Positions 55,457 through 64,000 of a stretch of 64,000 bases of DNA are shown here, piece after piece. Every line of letters starts with the position of its first letter. Position 1 is the stretch's first letter. Source of the DNA: Amoebophrya sp. A120 (Eukaryota > Protista > Dinoflagellata); contig CAJINV010000018.1 of NCBI GenBank assembly GCA_905178155.1, positions 130,479 through 194,478 of the forward strand, given 5' to 3'. Made by a program: the position numbers and the translations under genes. Below the pieces are notes generated by a model. The model had not been told where the DNA came from. It worked only from the letters and a program-made list of their open reading frames with translations, and searched no databases.

Positions 55457-58400
55457 CTACATACGTCGAGTGTTTGTCCTGGGGCTACAGTTCCCAGTGG
55501 CACAAGATCCTCCATTGGAGGTGCCTACCGGAGGCGTCTTGTGCGTTACCTTGTTCCGGGCATCGGCCTCTGCAGAGCCGGCAGCTCCGTCACCACGATC
55601 CTCATTGTCGTCTTCGCCACCCAAGAACTGTTCTGTATCTGCGACTTTGACAGTTTCGGTGTTGAAGCTGCGGTCGAAGAATTCATCATAAGATTCAAAG
55701 GAATCCAAAATCTGCGCCAGCACAATTTCTTCTGTTGTTTGCTTCAGGATTGCACTGTTGTCGACGCTCTCACCACCCTGGTTCGCTAAATACTTTTTGG
55801 CCTTGTGGTTTCGACGCACCTTATCCCTTTCTCCCTGCATTGCCGTGGCACGATCCAGAAGAGAGGCATCCAGGCGCTCACGCTCGGCCCTCACGGCGCG
55901 ATTGAACGATGGCAACTTGCACACGTCGTGCGGGCGATAGCGGTATCTGTAAATAGTCTTATCGTTCACCGCAACAACAGGATAATCCGTTGGCTTCAAC
56001 CCTTTTCCGATGTCGTGGATCTCCTGGTCGAGATTCTCCCGCTCGTATCTGAATTGCTCGCATTTGTCCCGGAATGACATCTCGAAGTACATCTCACGCA
56101 AGAGCTTGGCCAACTTCACAGCCGAGGAGCATTGTCCCCACTTGACGTAGAAGTATGCGAAGGCCTTTACTGATTCCTTCGTCCATAGCTTTCCCAGGCG
56201 GCGCTCCTCGTCATTCAAGTTGGCAGACGGGTACTCGAGTAGAAGAGAATACTCGGTGTATTGCCGCATAAAGCCTACCAGTTTCGATACAACGTCACTG
56301 CTGGCGAAGGCCGAAACTGCTGTTTCAGGGCACACTAGGATGCGCTGTACCGAGTCGAGCTGTTTCGGCCTTTTAAACTTGCTTGGAGCCGCTTGTTGGA
56401 GGGATTTCTGTTATATTTTTTTGACAAGTGATATGGTCATGCTAGTGGAAAGAGACTTAGTGCTTGGATGAAGGGGCTGGCGAGGATTCGAGTATTTTTT
56501 GTGCGCAAGCAGGATAAAAAAAGGTCGTCTCGACATACCACTTCTTGAAGTTTTGCCTCGCGCTCGTCCGCCTTGGCCTGCTGTAGCTCCTTGAGGTACG
56601 TTGCGCCCGGTTGCGTTGTCAAAGCGAAAAAAGTCCTCCCTGGACCAGCTTCCAAGCATATTTCAATTTCAATTTTATCAAAAATTCCTTTGTTTGGATG
56701 GAGCCAAGTCGCTAAATTTCCTCACTTCGATCCACCATTGCGAAAATGTGATGGCGCTGGAACGGTCGACATTTTACTAAAAAAAGAAAATAAATATCCT
56801 TCAAACATCTTCAATGATCCGCATGACAGAGAACTGGTCGTGGAAGTACATATCATTTTCGTACCCACCATGTAGGGCAAGGGCTTCCAGATCCAGTTGC
56901 CCTCAGTCATCGCTGTCGGACGGTACACGTTGTCAGAAGATATCCACATTGCGGAAGCGCCGTTTGACGAAGCCGCGCAGGTGATGGAGTGCTTCGAAAC
57001 CGAAAACGTAGCTTCCACGATCCTACCACGTTCCTGATTCGTCTGCAGCTTCGACCGCTCCTTCTTCTTCTCCGCCATTTGCTTTTTGTCTTGACGCGCC
57101 TTCTTCTCCAGCTTTCGCAGTTCGACCATTTGCTTTTTACTCAGCGCACGCCGGTTTGTTTGCACCAGGCCGCGACCAGAGGGGTCCGCTTTCGCCTCGA
57201 TTGCCTTCTGCAAGAAAATGCGTTGCGCTCTGTTAGCGCTTGTCAAATCGAATTTCTTGTTGTCACTATTGACGAACTTTAAGTCTGCTTCGTACTTATG
57301 CTTCACGGAGGTGCACGTCTGAACTGGAACTTCTAACGCAAAGACGTGGTGGTTGCGGAAAATGCGGGTCAGCTCTCGTTTCAAAACGATGCCGGTGACC
57401 TTCCTCACGTAGGCGGTAGTCAGATTGCTCGACAGGTCTCCGCCCTGCTTTCTCATCGACTCGAGCATGGCGGTGGTGGAGTAGAGCTTCATCCGCTCGG
57501 AATGAGACTGGTGTCTCGCGAGATGCATTTCGCGATCTAACAATGCCTCAAGATTCTTAGCGACAAGGATCTTGACGTCGCTCAGAATCTGCTCTTTTTT
57601 CTTGACGCAATTCACCAGTGGATGAGACTGGCCATTACGAGTGGAGGTCCTGTGTTTTTGAATTTTTGATTGAAACAAGTAGTCGTTTGTTACTTTCACT
57701 TTCTACATAGAGGTGATTGATCGCTGCTTTCCATGCGTCACTTGCGTTCTTTTGGCATCAAAACAAACACGGAAAAAGTACAAAATGGTCACAGGTTATT
57801 CTGTTTCAACATAATTTTCGCCAAAATATTACCAGCTGAGCCGCGCCAACTGCGGGCAGTCCAGATACTGGGCGAACATGCCCTGCAGCGTCCTCGTCAA
57901 GATCTCCTCAATCACACCCGTTGATTGCTCAAACAGTCCCATGTTCAGGTACTGCTTCGGGATGTAGTTCACGTTTTCCGATTTTGCGTCCAGAATTTCG
58001 CGCAGCTGTTCCAACGAGCTGAGCGTCTCCTGGATGCCTGCAAGCTGGAACACGTTGTCGTTGTTCAGCGGCTTGAACCACTGATCGAAGGGAACCCACG
58101 ACTCCACCACATTCAAGAAGGACTCAATTTCCTGCGCCGCCAGCGCCAGCACTTCGCGCTCCGGGGCGTTGTTCGGTGGAATCCAAAGGTAAGTTAGGTG
58201 TGACCGCAACAACCACGTCGCCGGCAAAATTACGCCCGCGAGCAGCGTCGTCACCATGTCGATCTTTTTCTTGATCAGGTCCTGCGTGCCGAGCGAGGTG
58301 TCAGCGGAATCGTCCTGGTAGTTTTGGTCGCCCTTCCAGAAGAAACCGAGCAACACCGGGAAGGACCTCAGCATCCAGGTCAAGTTGTTGGCCAAGTCCA

Positions 58401-61400
58401 TCAATGCCGACATCGGGTACGCAAATTTCCGCAAGAACTTTCTAGACCGGACTATATCGCGCTCACGCTGCAATTCCCGCTCGGCGTCGTACAAGACCCA
58501 GACAGACTTGTTCGCAAAAGCGTCTCCGGCTCGGTCGCAGTTCGCCTTCCACTCATCAGAAAAGATACCGGCTAAGTGGCCAACAAAGTAGGAGCAACCT
58601 GACAGGAAACCGAAGCCCCAAGATTCCCAGGCAGCGGCCGAGCGCTTGCGGCGCCTGTCGTGTGTTTGAGGAGAGTTTGAATAGGCGCAACGGTGAACAA
58701 CTTCTTCGCTAGGGCACATACTAGAGTCCTGCTTTCGCTTCAGATTCGTTGGAAAAGAATCACTTCTGAAGTGTGGGTCGACGGCCGCATTAAGTTAATT
58801 CGGTCGTGACATCAAATAAGTACATATACAGTCACAGCTGAGATTGCGCCTCTAGAAAATCAAAAGAATCATACATACCCTCAAAAAAATCATGACGCAG
58901 AAACAAGATTACCTTCTTCCTTGTTGATCAAAGTCCAGCTCGTCCTTCTTCACTACGGCAACCTGCCGGTCCAGTTCCGCTTCAGTCAGCATTGCCGATT
59001 CCCCAGAACCGAAGATTTTATTGAACTGCGGTCGGAGAACCGTCTCGAGCAGTTTGTTGAGCTGCCACAGACTGTAGAGCTTTTTGCGGATTGTGAGGCC
59101 CTGCCTCACTGGGACGCGGAAGGTCGATTTGTGGTGATCTTTATCCTCTTGCGTTACCGCAGATTCCTTCAGTTTCATGCTGACATAGCTCGTCTCCTCG
59201 TACTCAAGCTCTTCGCGGGTCACTCTGGCGATTTTAATCTGCTTCCTTCCGTCGTACTTTTCCTGCCCAAAATGCCACTGCGGAATCGCGACAATGAAGC
59301 CAGTAACCGCGTTGTGCAGCACGTGGTTCCAGAGCTCCGCGGCAATTTGTCCACCGGCGCCGTTGCCAGTGCCGAGGTCACGATAGTCTTCGTCGAACAA
59401 GTCCTGCAACAGAACGGGGTGCCACAAGTTGTACTCGACGGCCTTGGTCTTCAAGAACCGCTCCTTGATGATCTTGGCAAAAATGTTCTCCCACTGGAAC
59501 ACGATTGGCTTCAACCGCACCCATTCTCGATTCTGCACTTTAACTTGCTCTTGAGGACCATTATCCTTCTGCTGTTTGCCTTCGTTTCCTCCTGCTTCCG
59601 GGCCACTTCCCGCCTTGGAATATGTGTCTATGAAATCGTCCAGGCCTTTCTGGTGCGATATGTCAACGCTGGCGAGCAGTTTTTGCTTTTCCGTCTCACT
59701 GAGGCTTTCCCATTTATTCTGTCCCCAGCTGAAGAGAAGGAAAATCCAACCCAACCGCGCAACTCTTGTGCGCGCAAACTCGGAATTCATCTTGCAGAGC
59801 GACTCCAGACTGGATTTCATGAAGACGTGCTCCCGCAGCTTCGGATTCGTTGCGTAGCCCTGGTCCTTTTCCTCCTGAGTAAAAGTGTACCGTCCACCGC
59901 CGTAGGACTCCAGGCTAGCGTCTGTGCCGAACGAAGCGCCGTTGCGCTTTTCAATTTCCCAGCTCTTGACGTCATTGTCCCAGTGTGCTCCTCCGCCTCC
60001 CTTGCTCGGCGTTCGAAGGTGGTTCTCATGAAAGATGTCCTCTACCAGGCCTTTCTGGACCCACGGCAGAATGATATCACAGGCGAGCGGACCCCACATC
60101 TGCAACAAGTGCATCTTGCGCATCACTAAGCCGTGGTTCCACTCCTCCCAGCGAGCGCCAACGTCCTTGCCTGCTTCCTTGTTTTTCGAGAACCCGCGCC
60201 CGCCATCTATCACGCCGTTGACATGGTTCAGCCACTGTTGCTTCGTCTGTCCCTCTGGTTTCTTTTTCTCACTGGGCCGGATCTGCAACACCTCCTGGTT
60301 CTGGAAAAACGAGAGAATCCGGTCCTGAGGGTCGATGAACGCGGTCTCGGCGGGGCGGATGTCGACAAAACTTTCGGGCAGTGTCGGCCACTCTTGGTCG
60401 AAGCTTTTGTCCCAGTAAAGCGGCTCCGTGTGCCTCTGCCCGTTCTTGTCCTCGTAAGTGTGCTTGCGCTGGTGGGCGGCTTCCAGTCTCTTCACGGCGC
60501 GTTCGTAGTAGTCCGTCACCGTGATCGCGTCGCGCTGGTCGGCTTTTCCGTTCATGGGGTCGTCTTCCCCTTCTGGGCGGATCATCTTCTGAATCGCCAA
60601 AGCTTTGTCCACGACGACAAGCTGGTTCTGTTTGGTTTTGACCTTTTCCGCGGCCTCCGTTACCGTGGCAGAGAGCATTGCTGCCGCGGTGGTGGGAAGT
60701 TTCAGGGTGGCTTCAATTTTCTTCTCATTCCCATTTTCATCCTTTTCTGAGAATTTGAACGTCGTGTCCTTCAACTCTCCAACCTTGCCGACCCAGTGTG
60801 CAAATGTTTCTGCAGTTGGCGGATTTTTCATCCTCTTGCCCAGACGCGCCGCGCGCAACAGCGCGGGCTGCATGTGGTGCTGGAACCGACGCAGGACGGC
60901 GCCGAAGCGCTGCTCGTCGGTGCTTTTGCGAAGCAGTTGCATGGGGCCATAGTCGTCCGGAAAGTGGACGCGGAAGTTGGAATCTACATCTTTTACCATC
61001 GACTGCAGCCTCTGCTTTCCGCTCGTGGTGTACACCATGGCGCTGTGCTTCAGCAGAATCTGCAGTGCTTTCTTCTCTTTCGGTCGAACTGTTCCCGCTT
61101 CCGTCTGGAACAAAACCTCCCGCACAGCACCCTGGTGGTGGTGGTAGAACGCAGACGCCGAATTTTTGTTACTCTTGTCCGCGTCCTCTTCGACCTCTCT
61201 GTCGAGAAGCTGGGCGAGGTCTAGTAGATTCATCTGCCGCAGGGTCAGCGAATTGGAGTAATCGCGGAGCAAGGACATCCACGCAAAGTTGCCCTGGACC
61301 TGCATCTCATTCTGCATCTGGATTCCCTGCTCGAGGTTGTGCTTCTCGATTTCGCCGGAAAGCTTCTTCCCCTTCTTCTGGCGACACACCAAGCAGTTCG

Positions 61401-64000
61401 TCTGGCACTCATACCCGTCATCCGGCCGACCGACCAAATCTCGGAATCCGGTCTCGCCGTCTTCGGGCAGCTGGTTCTTCGCAAGCGGTGTGTTCCGCAA
61501 ACCCATTTGCTGTTGTTCCTTGATTGGCAGGACGTCAGTGCCGCTGAAGCATGGGCAGCTGTATCCTGAGTAAATACGTCCCCGCCTCAGACGCAAGGCC
61601 AGGTGGGGATTTTGCAACACAACCCTAGAAGTTTTGGGACTCCGGCATCACAAGTTGCAGTCAGTAGTGTAGTGCAACGTCACAGGGTTAAACACATCGC
61701 AAATCCGTCTGCTTATCCTGGTTACAGCATCACAAATGCCACAGTACGAATAGAAATGCCTCTCATGGAGATGCGCATTGCAAATGTTTCTGTCATTGCA
61801 AATCTGCATGACAACTCTGGGGTGGGGACGTTTTTCCAAATGATAAGCTGCACTTTTTGACTTTCTGTTTCTCGTTTCCCGCTCGCGTCGCCTTCTTCAC
61901 GGACGAATCCAACGCCATGTACATCAGGCCCGGAAAAAAGGGCGAGACCTTCAGTAGGGTTTCCAGTTCAAGTTCTTTGTCCCGAGAAAAGTCGGCCCGC
62001 TGCGCAACCTCCGTCAGTTCGGCCACCAGTTCGTGCTGGCTGCGTTCGCCCGGGACGAAAAACTGGCCGGACGCGACGGTCGGAACGTTCACGAATCCGT
62101 TGTTTCGCATCATCTCGTCCATCCAAAGGCGCCACTCGTTGATATTCCTGTACTTGCCCGCGAAGAAGAAGTTCAAATAGCGATCCACATTCCGGCTGCC
62201 CACAAGTTTCAGTCTCTCCGACTCCGGATCTTGGCCCTCGCCTTCATCGTTTGTCCGCTTCCGGTAGTGCTTCCCAGCACCGCGGCGGACGCCGGAGGCC
62301 CCGTAGGAACCCGTTCCATACGTGACAAAGTCGTCAGAAATTTGCAGGTCGCGCACGTCGTCGTTTTGCGCCAGGTAGAGTCCGGAAGCCCTTGTGTTTT
62401 TCCCCGTATTACCCGGCAGGTCTTTCACGTCTTCAATCGAGCCATACCTCGGGTCTAGGCTTTGCAAGCCGGTTTTCAGGCGCTGCTTGTCCTCGCGGGA
62501 GCCGAGGTAGTCCTCGTAGACGAGACTGCCGCCAACGTTGTGCCGCTTGTCCGTGTAGTAGTCTGGGAACCACTGTCTGTCTTGGTCCGACACCCGCACT
62601 TGGTGCTTCCGGTTCGACTCGTCGCCGTCCTCGCTAAAATGCTCGAAGGAGTACTTGGTGTGCCAGCCCGGCGCCTGCATGAAGAGCGTCTTTTCCGATA
62701 GTCTGTGCAGGGCGTCTTTCGCCTTCACCGCAACCCGCAAGCGCTTCTCGATCCCGTAGGCAGACTGCGCTAGCTTGTCCTCGGGCGAGAACCTGCCGAA
62801 CGCCGCGTTGCTGTTAGTGAAGGCCTTGGACAGCATGAATCGCTGCATCAGCTCCCGCTTCACGCGGTTCTCTTCCCGCCGCTGCATTTTTCTGCGGAGA
62901 AAGAAGTTCTTGCGCATGCCCACGTCGATCAAGTGGAAGGTCTGCGTCGCGGAAATTTCGCTGCAGATCTGCTTTTATCAAATGCAAATATGTCTGGGTC
63001 CCATGGAAGAGTACACGACTTGTCATGCTTTTTGCAGACCACACACTCGGTCTGGAATGAGATTTCGCGAGACAGACCTTAATCATGAGTATCCCGCATT
63101 AGTAGAAATCAACCTTTTATTGCCCAGCAAGGAGTGAGCAGCTTTATTTGGCGTTCCTGCAACTACTTACCCAAATCTTTTTGTAATCGGGATTTTTTCG
63201 CATGACAGGTTAAAACTCCAGACCCAGACTACATATTTGCAATGCATAGCTTCTGGTGTTTTTCCATTCGAAGGAGCTCGCGCACGCGCTGCAGGGTGAT
63301 AGGGTCGAAGTCCGTCAGTTCGCGCTTGTCGATCGCGCCTTCGTCTTGGTGCTCCAGAATCAACAGGTTGTACGCGCTCTCCTCCTGGTTGCTGCGCCAT
63401 TTGCCCTGGTTATGTTCCTTCAAGTTGCGCGAAATCGGTTTGCACAGCTTGTCGTAGATGTGACCAAAGAAATCGTTCAGCTCGTGTCGGCTGCGCGCCC
63501 AGAATCCGGTGTCGGCAGTCTGCCAAACAGAGAGGAGTGCGTGGAAGGCATCCGCATACTCAATGTGGTACATGACATCGCGCATGCCAACCCGGGGGTT
63601 TTATGGTCTTCGAAAATTTGAAGTGCATCCTTGTTTCAGTTTCTACCCGTGATTTAGTACGTGCTGACTTCATCGCAGCTTTCGTAGCAGTTTCCGTGCA
63701 AGAGCTGTGCCACCATATGTTCTCTTTCCGAAGTATATCTTTTGTTTCTTTGCAACCAATAGGACATCCGGATACACAAAAATGGCAATAGCTCGCCAAG
63801 CCAATTCGTCTCACGGGTAGAGACAGACACACAGAAACTCAATTACAACAAATTTTTTGTGATACCCGATTCTGAACGGCTCCGATCGAGCGCGGCGGAG
63901 TGACAACGTACGTCATATGGCTGTTGTCGGGACGAATTATAAATCTTGCTACTCTGTCGGCGGGTGGCTCGGTAACGTACATGAAGGCGTCGGCCGCGAG
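55457..64000 (-). CDS. 3' part of a large multi-exon gene of unknown function (starts beyond the right edge); could be more than one gene
   Basis: ORFs 63229-63585, 61793-62932 and 58909-61620 join in frame across TIR elements. ORFs 57829-58719, 56722-57699, 56437-56655 and 55457-56335 can be joined by plausible GT-AG introns; the junction at ~56650-56865 is uncertain. Confidence 0.6.
56408..56538 (-). other. Probable canonical GT-AG intron
   Basis: GTG|GTATGT...AACAG|AAATCC, phase 0, joins LQEV|KSLQ in frame. Confidence 0.65.
57650..57832 (-). other. Possible canonical GT-AG intron
   Basis: TG|GTAATA...ACACAG|GACC, phase 2, in frame; the upstream ORF's stop codon lies inside the donor. Confidence 0.5.
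58766..58912 (-). other. Possible canonical GT-AG intron
   Basis: AG|GTAATC...CTTCAG|AAGT, phase 2, in frame; the upstream ORF's stop codon lies inside the donor. Confidence 0.5.
61562..61845. mobile_element. Introner, family C TIR
   Basis: DR agctg; join KCS|CPC. Confidence 0.9.
62976..63248. mobile_element. Introner, family A TIR, diverged interior
   Basis: DR gcttt/gcttc; join HQK|QIC. Confidence 0.85.
63602..63864. mobile_element. Degenerate introner (right boundary +/-3 nt)
   Basis: tatggtcttcgaaaatttg...caaattttttgtgata; weak DR; removing the element plus 5 nt is in frame. Confidence 0.5.

Noticed and set aside
58921-60129. Long plus-strand ORFs (also 1613-2416, 29458-30456, 17890-18711, 5894-6919)
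   Set aside because: They are antisense shadows of GC3-rich minus-strand exons or read-throughs of elements, with no recognisable domains.

Overview
Eukaryotic protist genomic DNA. The architecture matches what I recall being described for the parasitic dinoflagellate Amoebophrya (Syndiniales); this assignment is inferred, not searched. Four large genes all lie on the minus strand. They are interrupted by about 53 short (123-380 bp) non-coding elements. Each element has terminal inverted repeats (consensus 5'-TAT-N7-AAA...TTT-N7-ATA-3'), a flanking 5-bp direct repeat, and internal copies of a TGTNATGC/TGTATTGC motif. Removing an element plus one 5-bp copy restored the reading frame at every such junction I joined by hand, usually without GT-AG ends, so these are transposon-derived non-canonical introns (introners) or possibly DNA-excised elements. 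The joined genes are: (1) a >7,600-aa protein (35081 to beyond position 1, one junction unresolved) with a signal peptide, a full SecA-type SF2 ATPase and a USP/peptidase C19 domain; (2) a ~1,400-aa MGxxxS low-complexity repeat protein; (3) a ~3,730-aa Mps1/TTK-like kinase with one transmembrane helix and a very long tail; (4) the 3' part of a large unknown gene. No transposase, RNA gene or CRISPR array was seen. Most short ORFs in the track are artefacts of the elements or antisense shadows of exons.
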